From a virus (Duplodnaviria > Caudoviricetes): a stretch of DNA of 51,371 nucleotides. Shown piece by piece: positions 37,327-47,471 of this stretch. Both the position numbers and the translations under genes were made by a program. Each line of letters begins with the position of its first letter. Position 1 is the stretch's first letter. The DNA lies in the IMG/VR virus record IMGVR_UViG_3300017912_001403, positions 1-51,371 of that record. One strand, 5' to 3'. Below the pieces are notes generated by a model. It saw only the letters and a program-made list of their open reading frames with translations, had not been told where the DNA came from and made no database searches.

Positions 37327-39339
37327 TTATACCCCCGCTACTTCACTAAACTCGACACCAGTTCGAGTCGCAATGAAGTTTAATTGAATGAAGTTAATTG
37401 ATCGAGCAGGTTTGATGAAGATGTCTGCAACAAACTCGTTTCTATCGATTACTTCGCCTGTGTTATTTGTCTCATCTGCTACCACTCTAAAATCAGTGAT
37501 ACCTCTTCGACCCTGAATGTCTCTCAAGAACGGTTCAACAAGGTTTCTAAACTGAGCCCTTGTAAACTCGTCGTTGAATTCAAACAGTTGGAACTTAGAC
37601 GCAGTAGAGATTGCATCTTCAAGTAACAAGAACAATCTTCTTACGTTTATTCTATCAAACGCAGAAGGTTTAGTCAACATTGTCTTGTCACCAAAGAGAA
37701 CAACTCCCTGGCCAGGGAAGTTCACTACAGGGTTAACTCTTGCTCTGTACAGTCTATCTCTGTCTGCCTGATCAGGGTTGTAAGAGAGTTTAATTGCACC
37801 TCGTACATTACCTCTGTTGAAACCAGCAGGAGAAAAGAAAGCGTCTGCAACATTATCAGTGAAAGCACAAAGTCCAGCAGTGTCACCATTCAGTGGCACA
37901 TAACGATATACGTCATTGTACTTATCAAAGATAAACTTGTACCCACTATCCATTACAGCATATGAAGATGAAGGCAGAGAATCTGCGACTTCAATCACAT
38001 TGTCTGTCTGTGTAATAGTAGATGTTACATTTACAGTTGCGGCACGATGTGGAGAAATAAACGCAACACAGTCTCTTCGTAATTCTGCCAAATCGATAAG
38101 CATTGTACCATGTGTGTCTGCGTTTGCAGCAGTATCGGCAGTAACGTTTGAAGAACCACCCATGATTAAGTTTACGTCAACACTCTCCGTGTCCCTAAAC
38201 TTATCGTATGCAAGCGCGAGTTCACCATTAGTTAGTGCATAATCGTCTGCGGCACCTGAAAGTGCAGAAACAATTGGATTAACAGGAGAAGCATAGGTTG
38301 AGGTTGTATCCGTTCCCCAGTTAGTTCCAAGAGTGTTGTGATCCGTCCAGTAAATATACTCCGACTGATTGAAGATAACATCAGGGTAGTAGTTAGTACC
38401 ACCTTGTGCAGTCTTAGCAACGTTACTCTTGGACAAGCCAGAATAAGTTTCAAGGACTGCGTTAGTGCGATTACCAGCAACATCTACGTCAAAACCACTG
38501 ATATCACCAGTTGTGTCATAAACAACTATGTGTAGTTCGTCTCCGAGACCACGACCGTTTGCCTTTGACCAATCAGACTGAGAAGGTTCTATATCGAATA
38601 AGTCGTAGAATCTCCACTTCCTTCTTATATAAGAATCGTCTGGTATAGCGGTTTTAAGACCACGTCCGTCTGGATCGTCCTTTCTACGGAAAGTTACGAT
38701 ATCGGTGCTAGTGTCTATAGCAGTTACTTCATATTCTTGTCCCTCTTCACCACTAACAGGAGTAGATCCAGCTGAATCGGTAAAGAATGAAATAATATCT
38801 CCAACGTTAATTTCTGCACCAGATGTATCAACATCATCAACAGTAATGGTAGTATCACCAACTGCAGCTGCTGCATCGTTAACCTGATTGTTTCCACCTA
38901 AAGAAACATTGTATGCGGCACCAGATGCACAAACCGAAACACCAAGGGAGTTACCCCAAGTACCGGCAGTTCTTGCCACAAAATCTCCACTGGAACCTTG
39001 TCCAGTTGAATAAGACTCTAGATAATGATCATTATCTCTAATGAGAACTCCTGTTCCACCACTTGCTGCATTTGTGACACCGCTTTCTGCACGAACAACC
39101 TTAAGGGCATTCGCGTACTGGAGAAAAGATGAGGCACAAAACCAAGACTCATAGTTACTTGAGTTTGGTGTACCAAACACCTTAACCAATTCTTCTTCAG
39201 AAGAAATGTCAACTATAGAAGAGACAGGGCCTTTCTGTGCGGCCAAAACAATTGCACCAATTGAAGTTGCAACTGAAGGCACTACGGCGGTCAAATCGAT
39301 TTCTCTTACTTGAACGCCAGGGGATTGTAAAAATGCCAT
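37327..39339 (-). CDS. gp18: Contractile tail sheath protein
   Basis: SPGVQVREIDLT, SPAGFNRG, FGDKT, FDRINVRRLF, IKPARSINFI. Confidence 0.98.
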   Translation of the reverse strand: MAFLQSPGVQVREIDLTAVVPSVATSIGAIVLAAQKGPVSSIVDISSEEELVKVFGTPNSSNYESWFCASSFLQYANALKVVRAESGVTNAASGGTGVLIRDNDHYLESYSTGQGSSGDFVARTAGTWGNSLGVSVCASGAAYNVSLGGNNQVNDAAAAVGDTTITVDDVDTSGAEINVGDIISFFTDSAGSTPVSGEEGQEYEVTAIDTSTDIVTFRRKDDPDGRGLKTAIPDDSYIRRKWRFYDLFDIEPSQSDWSKANGRGLGDELHIVVYDTTGDISGFDVDVAGNRTNAVLETYSGLSKSNVAKTAQGGTNYYPDVIFNQSEYIYWTDHNTLGTNWGTDTTSTYASPVNPIVSALSGAADDYALTNGELALAYDKFRDTESVDVNLIMGGSSNVTADTAANADTHGTMLIDLAELRRDCVAFISPHRAATVNVTSTITQTDNVIEVADSLPSSSYAVMDSGYKFIFDKYNDVYRYVPLNGDTAGLCAFTDNVADAFFSPAGFNRGNVRGAIKLSYNPDQADRDRLYRARVNPVVNFPGQGVVLFGDKTMLTKPSAFDRINVRRLFLLLEDAISTASKFQLFEFNDEFTRAQFRNLVEPFLRDIQGRRGITDFRVVADETNNTGEVIDRNEFVADIFIKPARSINFIQLNFIATRTGVEFSEVAGV

Positions 39340-39378
39340 TGTTCACTCCTTAAAAGTAGTAATATGATATTACTTATC

Positions 39379-39386
39379 TATTTATA
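39379..39386 (-). promoter_or_regulatory. T4 late promoter TATAAATA upstream of gp18
   Basis: Exact consensus, intergenic. Confidence 0.85.
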
Positions 39387-39430
39387 GAAATAGTATTTTT
39401 CATATTGAGTTTTTTATAGACTCAATGTCA

Positions 39431-39438
39431 TATAAATA
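39431..39438 (+). promoter_or_regulatory. T4 late promoter TATAAATA for the plus-strand gene pair
   Basis: Exact consensus 5 nt before the ATG at 39444. Confidence 0.75.
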
Positions 39439-39443
39439 CTCAT

Positions 39444-39743
39444 ATGGAAACACATTACGAAAAATACAAGGAAACCATAAAAAAGGTAGCCAGAAGAAAC
39501 TACAACAAAAGAGTCTCATGGCTTAACTCCTATTTATCAGAACAGAGCTGTCAACACTGTGGAGAGTCGGAAACGGTTTGCCTTAAGTTCTACCCCCTAG
39601 ATTCTGAAATAAAGAAAAAGTCCAAAAGAGTAGGTATCAATAACGAGAGTAGAGATGAGATAGTTTCGCAAATAAATTCGTGTAAAGTACTATGTGCAAA
39701 CTGTTGGATAAAACTAGATAATGATTTGATTGAGATATTATGA
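39444..39743 (+). CDS. Degenerate HNH-type zinc-finger protein
   Basis: CQHCGE...CKVLCANC scaffold, but the expected His residues are absent (LKFYP, CANCW). Confidence 0.7.
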   Translation: METHYEKYKETIKKVARRNYNKRVSWLNSYLSEQSCQHCGESETVCLKFYPLDSEIKKKSKRVGINNESRDEIVSQINSCKVLCANCWIKLDNDLIEIL

Positions 39744-40282
39744 ACCATATTGAGCTATACAAACAAGTACATAATGAAAAAGAAAACTACGGCAATGGCA
39801 CTACAATGTTGCAGTATGCCCAGTTAATCAACGATTGTATCCTAGACACCAAAAGTGAAAGTCTTTTAGATTATGGATGCGGTAAAGCAGACAAATACGA
39901 TAACAATCCATATCCAGTTATGCCTGCACTTTATGACCCTGCGATAGAAAAATATTCTGAGTTGCCGGACGGGCCTTTTGATGGGGTGTTCTGTTGCGAT
40001 GTTTTAGAACACATACCAGAAGAACAAATTCCAGATACCATAGAAAAAATTTACAACAGGGCAAATAAATTTATTTTTCTTGCCATTGCAACCGATCCAG
40101 CACTCCAAGTTTTACCTAACGGTGAAAATGCACATTGTACCATTAAACCAATGAACTGGTGGCAAGATGTGATAATTAAAAACGCACCCAAAGAAGTGTA
40201 CACACACGTATTACTCACAGGACAATATGAGTCGTATGAGTTATTGTTTGAGCACCTCCTTTTCGAAATGTTGTATAATTGA
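39740..40282 (+). CDS. Class I SAM-dependent methyltransferase
   Basis: LLDYGCGK, YDP, FDGVFCCDVLEHIPE. ATGA-coupled to the upstream ORF. Confidence 0.85.
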   Translation: MNHIELYKQVHNEKENYGNGTTMLQYAQLINDCILDTKSESLLDYGCGKADKYDNNPYPVMPALYDPAIEKYSELPDGPFDGVFCCDVLEHIPEEQIPDTIEKIYNRANKFIFLAIATDPALQVLPNGENAHCTIKPMNWWQDVIIKNAPKEVYTHVLLTGQYESYELLFEHLLFEMLYN

Positions 40283-41035
40283 TTTGGCGTACATGTCATG
40301 CCCAATCTGGTTAGGATGGTTTCTTAGATCTGGACTAGAAGACGACCCAAAAGCGTTTTTTTCAGACACCAATCCTTCACCACCAATTTCCTTAAACAAA
40401 GGCCAACCTTTAAAGGCGCTTTCTTGAATGTGGTTGTATACAGGATGTGCAAGAAATTCTTTGATTACCTTCATATCCGTATTATCGTTCCGATACCAGT
40501 GAAATCCATAAGGGATATTCCTTGCCCTGAGTTGTTCCTGTAAATTATAAAAGGAATGTAACGACTCGTCAACTAGTTGATGTTGGTGATTAACGTCAAT
40601 AAGTTTTGAAAAGATAGTCTTAAAAGAATCCATTTCAATTCTTTCTAATTGCGCCTCTGAGTATGTAGATATTGGTCTAATATTTTCATACATCGATGGA
40701 GAAATTTTCCACGAAGAACGAAAAAGGGTAGTCCACATAACAAACACAGAATGTATCTTATTATGTGTTAATAGTTGCTCGGTAACTCTTTGTTGTATTA
40801 ACTTGTTTCCGGCCCCAGGCTGTCCAACAACAACTACTTTCCTACCAAAGTGTTCTGCGAGTTGTTCTGTCCAAGTTTTAATACCAAGAGAATGATAAAC
40901 TGAATATTTGGTAAAAGAATCTCCACCACATATTATTATTTCATCACCAATCTGTTTCGTAGGTTCGAACCACTGGGGCCCAACGAGTTCCGTATTCATC
41001 ATACATTTCCCCAACATTTTCATCTTCAAGTCCAT
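40241..41035 (-). CDS. SGNH/GDSL-like acyl esterase or transferase
   Basis: Block I GDSFT, block II GQPGAGN, C-terminal NHPNQIGH. Start uncertain (probably near 41000). Confidence 0.75.
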   Translation of the reverse strand: MDLKMKMLGKCMMNTELVGPQWFEPTKQIGDEIIICGGDSFTKYSVYHSLGIKTWTEQLAEHFGRKVVVVGQPGAGNKLIQQRVTEQLLTHNKIHSVFVMWTTLFRSSWKISPSMYENIRPISTYSEAQLERIEMDSFKTIFSKLIDVNHQHQLVDESLHSFYNLQEQLRARNIPYGFHWYRNDNTDMKVIKEFLAHPVYNHIQESAFKGWPLFKEIGGEGLVSEKNAFGSSSSPDLRNHPNQIGHDMYAKSIIQHFEKEVLKQ

Positions 41036-42590
41036 CTACAATAAACCCAAATGGAGTAAGTTCATTATCCAACTGCGCTTGCTGTTCTGCATACATTCTC
41101 TTTCTAATATCCAAGTCTGTAAGTTCTTTAAAATAGGTTTGGTCTGTACACCAAGCAAATAAAACTAGACACATTACTAGGTCGTCAGTGCATCCATCAT
41201 CAGCAGCAAAAGAACTACCTCGAACAATAAACGTTGACAGTTCACTAATAATATCATAATCTTCAATAACAATCTTATCATCTTCGATAATCTGTTTCAA
41301 GTTTGAACAACCAACACTCTTTACTGTTTTTGTTGTTCTTACTCCCATTTGCGCTTTCCCGCCAGAGAACCCTGTTCCCATTACCTGTCCGGCCCTGCCT
41401 CTCATATAACACTGCAATATGTTATCATACTCTAGTTCATAGTAGAGGTTGGTTGCAACTTGTTCTCCAATATCATTCACCTCACAAAGAACATATGCGT
41501 GATTGTATGCCCTTGCGACCTCAAGAATTTTGTGAGGAAACATTAATGGTTTTATTTCATTGTCTCGATATGTTGCAACTATTCTATAGGGGATAGAAGT
41601 TATATCGGTTACAATAAAGGCAGAATAGTCATTCTTTGTTCCTCTTGCAACATCAGCAGTTAAAAGATATTCACCATCCTTTCTAGGCATGTCATAGACG
41701 GTTAACCCTGCACTCTTCTTCAGGGGTTCTCTCAAAGCCATTGTTCTTAGTTTTGAGGCCTTAATTAGAGTGTCAATAGAGCCCAAGAACTCGCACTCAA
41801 ATTCTACATTAAACTGTTCTTGCGATGTGTTTGCAATTGTTTCCTTTTTCCACTTTTCATCTCGGCCAGGAACCTCAGTCCAGTGTACTTCAATGGGTAC
41901 GTATGAGTTTCTTCCGGCCTCAGCATCCGTCCACAGTTTGTAAAATAAATTCATACCGTGTGGGGTAGACACAATCATAACTTTAGTAGACTTACCAGAT
42001 GAAATTGTGGGGTATACTGAACTAAAAAAGGTTTCTGCAACACTGTTTGGCACAAACGCAAACTCATCAAGGAAAATAATGTTAAATGACCCACCACGAA
42101 CAGATGATGCAGATGTGGATGCAGCAAGTATTTTTGACCCGTTCTCTAATTCTAAAGAACCCTTATTCCAAGAAATGATTCCTTGTTGCATCCATTTCGG
42201 GAGATTCTCATATGCAAGTTGTAATCTTGACAGAATGTCTCTTGCAGTTGCGGCCTTGTTTGCAAGTATAGCGACATTAACATTTGAATTAAATATTACG
42301 TAGTGTAAAAGATAAGATACGATTGTAGTAGACTTACCAGACTGTCTAGGAAGTTTACAAATACTAAAACGATTATTATGGAAGGTGTTTACCATCTCCC
42401 TTTGAAAATCGTAAAGTGAGAACGGAACAAGGCCATGGTCAAGTGAAACAATTTTAATATAGTTTTGAATAAAATAAACAGGGTCGTCCATGCACAATTG
42501 GAATTCCTGAATACGCTCAGGTGTCCACTCAACTTCTATGTTGGCGCGTTTTAAGTTAGGATTCCCCAGATATGCCTTTTCTTCCATCAA
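40944..42590 (-). CDS. gp17: Terminase large subunit
   Basis: YLGNPNLK, PRQSGKST, FLDEFAF, VSTPHG, ADVARG, DDLVM. Confidence 0.98.
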   Translation of the reverse strand: MMEEKAYLGNPNLKRANIEVEWTPERIQEFQLCMDDPVYFIQNYIKIVSLDHGLVPFSLYDFQREMVNTFHNNRFSICKLPRQSGKSTTIVSYLLHYVIFNSNVNVAILANKAATARDILSRLQLAYENLPKWMQQGIISWNKGSLELENGSKILAASTSASSVRGGSFNIIFLDEFAFVPNSVAETFFSSVYPTISSGKSTKVMIVSTPHGMNLFYKLWTDAEAGRNSYVPIEVHWTEVPGRDEKWKKETIANTSQEQFNVEFECEFLGSIDTLIKASKLRTMALREPLKKSAGLTVYDMPRKDGEYLLTADVARGTKNDYSAFIVTDITSIPYRIVATYRDNEIKPLMFPHKILEVARAYNHAYVLCEVNDIGEQVATNLYYELEYDNILQCYMRGRAGQVMGTGFSGGKAQMGVRTTKTVKSVGCSNLKQIIEDDKIVIEDYDIISELSTFIVRGSSFAADDGCTDDLVMCLVLFAWCTDQTYFKELTDLDIRKRMYAEQQAQLDNELTPFGFIVDGLEDENVGEMYDEYGTRWAPVVRTYETDW

Positions 42591-43461
42591 CCTTTACCCT
42601 GTTAGGGTTCCTCAAACTGGATGTACACATTTCTTCGCAAATAAACGAAAGGTTACTCTTATTTATCACCGTATCCATAAATTTTTGATATGCGTCAGAT
42701 GCGATGATATTTTCAACTGAAGAGTTAAAGATAGTTTTGTCTCCAAACAACAGTCTTGTGGTATCGTCCATCTCTGCGTTTGGGTTAATTACAGGAATGT
42801 CCATCCAACAACAAGGTAGTACATGTCCCGTTGCATTTATAGCCGTACTTCTCTCTCCGTTCAAACATTTAGGTTGAAACTCTTTCTTTGTATCCTCTAC
42901 TTTCCCACCTCTTTTTTTGGTTGGATAGTTTAGTTGCAACTCTATGTCATTAAGTTCTGCTAAGTTTTTTGCCCTTTCTATTTGTCTTTCATTGTAATCA
43001 AAAACAATATACTGCCAAGTAACACGCAATCCCATTTGTTTTGCAATCAGCATCATACTGTATAAATGCATACCATCTTGATTTTCTCTGTATATTGAAC
43101 TCTGATCTGGCAGTCCATCAATTCCAAATATCCAGTGTGCGTCTGGATTTGCAGAGAATGCGTTTTTATACCATGTCCTATCCCTATGAGAAGCCGCATT
43201 ACTTACCTCTACGTCTATCCCTTCTGAATAGGCAAGTTTCAACATCTCAATAAAGTTTGGATTTAAAACTGCATCAGATATCTGTCCATTAAAATCCACA
43301 CTGGAATAGACGGATATTACTTTTTTAAACTCTTCTAGAGTCCAAGTATGGCCAGGAATTTTAGCGGGGTTTGGAAATTGATGTCTTGCACACTGAGAAC
43401 ACTTTAACGTACACTTGTTACTAATGTCTACTGATACATCATTCCTTGGGTTTGTTCGCAT
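42556..43461 (-). CDS. Radical SAM protein with SPASM/twitch domain
   Basis: CTLKCSQC, FGIDG, WQYIVFDYN, PKC...GHVLPCCW...CEEMC. Confidence 0.9.
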   Translation of the reverse strand: MRTNPRNDVSVDISNKCTLKCSQCARHQFPNPAKIPGHTWTLEEFKKVISVYSSVDFNGQISDAVLNPNFIEMLKLAYSEGIDVEVSNAASHRDRTWYKNAFSANPDAHWIFGIDGLPDQSSIYRENQDGMHLYSMMLIAKQMGLRVTWQYIVFDYNERQIERAKNLAELNDIELQLNYPTKKRGGKVEDTKKEFQPKCLNGERSTAINATGHVLPCCWMDIPVINPNAEMDDTTRLLFGDKTIFNSSVENIIASDAYQKFMDTVINKSNLSFICEEMCTSSLRNPNRVKVDGRKGISGES

Positions 43462-43870
43462 CTTTTAACATCTTCTGTAACTCTGCGGTTGAACCAACAA
43501 ACAGAGCGTTAGTCACATTTTTGGGTGCGTTGTTTGGCACTTCTTTCAATTTTTGCATTTTGGTTTGCAAGTCAGCAAGTTTTTCTGTTACCTCTGCTAC
43601 TTGTTTAATCAAATTACCAGCAACTTCATAAGTTCTAGGATGTTCTGATTCTCTTGCAACCTCAAGTATACCTTCTATTGCATCGTTTCCACGCTCAATA
43701 AGATTATAGAAGTTTTCTCTCTGATACCTATAGTCAGCATCAATGTCTTCCATCTCTTTTGGAGGTCTAGGAATCACCGGAATTGTTTCTTCCTTTTGAG
43801 TAATTTCTTTCCCAGATTCGACAACTCCAAGAGTTTCGTTAATTATGTCTTCAAAATCAGCCATCAACAA
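43439..43870 (-). CDS. gp16: Terminase small subunit
   Basis: DYRYQRENFY, SEHPRTYEV, NALFVGSTAEL. The probable start is MADFED. Confidence 0.92.
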   Translation of the reverse strand: MLMADFEDIINETLGVVESGKEITQKEETIPVIPRPPKEMEDIDADYRYQRENFYNLIERGNDAIEGILEVARESEHPRTYEVAGNLIKQVAEVTEKLADLQTKMQKLKEVPNNAPKNVTNALFVGSTAELQKMLKDANKPKE

Positions 43871-44735
43871 ACGTCCTTTTCATCTTTGCATCTTCTTGGT
43901 TGTGATTAATACCACATCTTTTTCTGCAAATTCTATGTGGGTCTGTTTTTAACTTTTCGTTGAACGCAGTCCACACATCAGAGGTAATTATTTCTTGTAC
44001 CGTTTTATTATTTAGTGTCAAAGATTCGTCAAACAATTCTGGTACTTCTTCTTTCTTTGAGTCCAACCAACAACAAGGCAATAGATGTCCCCCAGCAGAA
44101 TAGTACATCGGTGTTGTCTTATTCAAACATCTTGGTTGCACTTCTGCACTAAGGTCATAAACTAATTTTACATTTTTTCCTTTTACATTTGTGTTTGTCT
44201 CTAAAAACTGTAATCGTATGTTATGTTGTTCCGCTAAAAGTCTAACCTCCTCTCTGGTGTCTTTATTATAATCGAAGTTAATATGTTGCCACTCGACTTC
44301 TAAGCCTCGTTCTTTTGCGTCAATCATTCTTTGAAATAGATACTCACCATCTTGGTTAATTCTATACTTGTGACTATCTTTAGGTAGCCCATCGATTCCA
44401 AAGTACCACTTTGCGTGTGGATTTGCATCAAATGCTTCAAGATACCATTCTTGTTTCTTGTGACTTGCAGCAGTGTGAACACAAACCGTAATTCCACGCT
44501 CTCGTGACATACGTAAGAACTCAATAAAATGTGGATGGAAGATGGGGTCAGATTGACCGCCACAGAACAAAACTTTACTATAGACGGAGATAATTTTTTC
44601 AAACTCGGCTATAGTCATCTCTTTCTTGACAATCGTGTAGTCTTCATCTTGTCGATTACATCCCCCACAAAAAAGAGTGCATCTGTAAGATATGTCAACG
44701 TTAATGTCTCGACTATATATCATCAAATCTCGCAT
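43857..44735 (-). CDS. Radical SAM protein with SPASM/twitch domain
   Basis: CTLFCGGC, FCGGQSDP, FGIDG, PRC...GHLLPCCW...CRKRC. Confidence 0.9.
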   Translation of the reverse strand: MRDLMIYSRDINVDISYRCTLFCGGCNRQDEDYTIVKKEMTIAEFEKIISVYSKVLFCGGQSDPIFHPHFIEFLRMSRERGITVCVHTAASHKKQEWYLEAFDANPHAKWYFGIDGLPKDSHKYRINQDGEYLFQRMIDAKERGLEVEWQHINFDYNKDTREEVRLLAEQHNIRLQFLETNTNVKGKNVKLVYDLSAEVQPRCLNKTTPMYYSAGGHLLPCCWLDSKKEEVPELFDESLTLNNKTVQEIITSDVWTAFNEKLKTDPHRICRKRCGINHNQEDAKMKRTFVDG

Positions 44736-44922
44736 AGACGATTCGGTAAGAGTCGGAGTCTGGATTCAACGCACCATTTATTGCGTCTTCGACAACGGTT
44801 TCTATATCGTCATAATTTTCTACAGAACATGCAATTTCGTTTTTAGAAGATAGTCCTGAGTGGGATACGGTCACCCCTTTCATTGTCACTATCAGATTGT
44901 ATGTCATGTTGTTGATATTCAT
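44713..44922 (-). CDS. Small acidic hypothetical protein
   Basis: Fills the gap between two radical SAM genes and overlaps both. Start uncertain. Confidence 0.55.
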   Translation of the reverse strand: MNINNMTYNLIVTMKGVTVSHSGLSSKNEIACSVENYDDIETVVEDAINGALNPDSDSYRIVYARFDDI

Positions 44923-45751
44923 CTAAAACTCTCAAAAAATGTTCAGCGTCATCGTCATTCTTAAAAGAACACATATTACAAGGAGACTCAGATCTGTCAC
45001 CACGTAATAATTTATCCCTATATCTTGCAAGGGTTTTATTTGTAAGTAAGTACTCGTCTATTGGGGTATGAAGTATATTGTCCAATGTTGTTTCGGTTTT
45101 GTTCATTTCATATTCATGAAAGTTTTCTTGAATAGAAAATTGATTACCCACTCTCCAATCTTCGCAACAAAGTCTATAGTCACCATTCCAATCAATAAAC
45201 ATTTTTCTAACTGGCCTACCGCAATACTTTTGATACGGTTTATTTCGCAAATCAAAAGAATATTCTCCTTCCATAGAACCGGCACGATTAGTGTATGACC
45301 TTTGATATTCCGTCCAACTAAGAGGCGGTTTATACCAAAACTTGAAGTTAGGATATTTTTTATATTTCTCTATGGTATCTAAAAACCCTTTCCAATCTTC
45401 ATCATAATAATCATAATACACCATATCAAATCGACTTATAATATCAATATACTTGTCTAGTCGTTTACCATTAGTGTTGATTTTTACTTTCCAAGGTTGT
45501 CCCAAGAAAATTTCTGCAATTTGAACAAAATTCTTTGCTAAGGTTGGTTCTCCCTTCCCCGTAATACTCACAATGCCAGTGAAACCAATATCCAATAGTC
45601 CTTCCCTAATCATTCCCGCAATACCAGCGTCCATGTGTAAGTTTCGGTTCGGATATCCGTGAGCCCTTGGACAAAAATCACAAAGTAAATTACAAAGTTC
45701 CGTTGGATTGACTTCTACAACATCAACAAACTTAGTCCAATCTATTGTCAT
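44843..45751 (-). CDS. Radical SAM protein with SPASM/twitch domain
   Basis: CNLLCDFC, TGKGEP, NTNG, NRAG, C...GDYRLCC...CNMC. Confidence 0.9.
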   Translation of the reverse strand: MTIDWTKFVDVVEVNPTELCNLLCDFCPRAHGYPNRNLHMDAGIAGMIREGLLDIGFTGIVSITGKGEPTLAKNFVQIAEIFLGQPWKVKINTNGKRLDKYIDIISRFDMVYYDYYDEDWKGFLDTIEKYKKYPNFKFWYKPPLSWTEYQRSYTNRAGSMEGEYSFDLRNKPYQKYCGRPVRKMFIDWNGDYRLCCEDWRVGNQFSIQENFHEYEMNKTETTLDNILHTPIDEYLLTNKTLARYRDKLLRGDRSESPCNMCSFKNDDDAEHFLRVLDEYQQHDIQSDSDNERGDRIPLRTIF

Positions 45752-46499
45752 AATATTCCTTTATCCAAGGTTCATCACTGTTATGAATCATATCGTCTTC
45801 GTTGTCTGTCCAATGCATAACCATTTTTATGTTACGATGAAATCTTTCCTGCCAATAATGAGGACACTCGTCAATTCTTTCTTCCCATAGTATTTGGGTT
45901 TCTTCTATCAAGTCTCTATTGTACCTTACAAACCATTGTTTTGGCAACCAGTTTCTTTTTAGTTGTACATGTTGGTCGATAAAATGTTGTTCTCCACAGG
46001 GGCCTGCACTCAAACACAATCCATTAGATTTATAGTAGTTTGTCCAGAAAGTTGGGGATGTAGAAAATCTTTCCCAAAGATGATTTGTATCGCCCATGTG
46101 ATACATTTGAAACCCACCATTAATTGCACACTGGTCTAGCCTCTGTGACCACCATCTTTCAATACACCCAAACTCTCCTTTTTTAACAGGCCATTGTAGA
46201 ATGTCATCTATGTTTTGAATTGGAATATAATCTATATCTAGAACTAAACATTTTTCACCTACAGGTATAGAGGCAAAACCAGTTTTATGAAATTGAAATT
46301 TATGAAATTGTTGCTCAAAAAGCTTGACATTCGGGATTTCAACAGATATAATATTCTTGTGTAACCCACAAGTATTATCAGTATAGCAATAGTAATTAAA
46401 ATCTACTGAAGAATGTTTTTTGAGTGCGTTGTATTGTGCGTTTGCATAGTCGGAGCTAAACTTCTCCCCGATTTTTAAGGTCAAAATATTCATAATCAT
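45732..46499 (-). CDS. GT-A glycosyltransferase-like protein
   Basis: ILTLKIGEKF...YYCYTD, DxD motif VLDID, GEQHFI. Confidence 0.7.
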   Translation of the reverse strand: MIMNILTLKIGEKFSSDYANAQYNALKKHSSVDFNYYCYTDNTCGLHKNIISVEIPNVKLFEQQFHKFQFHKTGFASIPVGEKCLVLDIDYIPIQNIDDILQWPVKKGEFGCIERWWSQRLDQCAINGGFQMYHMGDTNHLWERFSTSPTFWTNYYKSNGLCLSAGPCGEQHFIDQHVQLKRNWLPKQWFVRYNRDLIEETQILWEERIDECPHYWQERFHRNIKMVMHWTDNEDDMIHNSDEPWIKEYYDNRLD

Positions 46500-47463
46500 T
46501 AATCTTTATTCTATTGGGGTCTATCTCTTCATATTTAGGGACACCACAATACAGTGAACATATCCTTGGCGCGTTTTCTGGAGTTTCCCATAATCTTTGT
46601 AAATCTTTCCAAATAGGATCGTTTAATATATCTTGTATGTGTCTTTCCTTCATGTTTATTTTGTGCTTGTTTTCTTCGAACCATTCATTTTTTATAGAAT
46701 GAAATGTTAAACACGGAATAACATAACCCTGATAGGTAAATCCTACATTTCTACTCCACTGTGGATCTCTAGTACATCTAGGAACAATCTTTAATTCTTT
46801 CCCAGACAAAAAGTGTTCCCGATGGTATTGTTGTAGTCCCACGTTTTCATCACTAGGCCTTAAAGGGTCATTTTCAACAAACCTTCCACTCTTACGAACA
46901 AGAAACTCGTCAAAGTCTAATCCAGCGGCAAGTTCTTTTGCTTTTTCTATTTGGTGTTCGTTGTGACTGAAAATAATAAATTTCCACTTTGATTTTACTT
47001 TAGATTTACCTGCAAGGTACATTCCTGAGTAGATACTATCCCAATCAGAATTTGTTCTGTAAATTTCGTTTGTGTCTTTTAGTCCATCAACAGAAAACGT
47101 AATTTCATCCCTATCATCCAATATACTAAAAAGTTCATTCCACCACTCATAAGTTTTGTAACTCCCATTTGTTTCTAATGAGAGTTTTCCACCTCTAGAT
47201 TTTATGAGACGAAAGATAGAAAAAATTTGTTTGTGATATATACTGTCACCGTAAATTCCACAAAAGTCAAACTTAGGAAGTTCTTCTATTGAATGCGAAG
47301 CTAAGTCTTCAAACAGAACTTTGCGAAAAATTTCTGGGTCTATGTCTTCTAGTATTTTGACTGCTTCAGGACGCAAAGTCCTGTCACACGCACTACACCC
47401 TAGAACACATTTATTGGTAGGCTCAACGTTAACGCTGAGAACGGGTTTCCCAAAGAAATACAT
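46456..47463 (-). CDS. Radical SAM protein with SPASM/twitch domain
   Basis: CVLGCSAC, FCGIYGDS, ETNGS, FSVDG, WKFIIFSHNE, PRC...GYVIPC...CSLYC. Confidence 0.9.
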   Translation of the reverse strand: MYFFGKPVLSVNVEPTNKCVLGCSACDRTLRPEAVKILEDIDPEIFRKVLFEDLASHSIEELPKFDFCGIYGDSIYHKQIFSIFRLIKSRGGKLSLETNGSYKTYEWWNELFSILDDRDEITFSVDGLKDTNEIYRTNSDWDSIYSGMYLAGKSKVKSKWKFIIFSHNEHQIEKAKELAAGLDFDEFLVRKSGRFVENDPLRPSDENVGLQQYHREHFLSGKELKIVPRCTRDPQWSRNVGFTYQGYVIPCLTFHSIKNEWFEENKHKINMKERHIQDILNDPIWKDLQRLWETPENAPRICSLYCGVPKYEEIDPNRIKINDYEYFDLKNRGEV

Positions 47464-47471
47464 TATATAAG

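Noticed and set aside
39444-39743. Active mobile homing endonuclease
   Set aside because: The catalytic His residues appear absent and there is no intron context.
4267-42590. Introns or inteins in gp41, gp43, gp20 or gp17
   Set aside because: All are uninterrupted, of normal length, and lack intein motifs.
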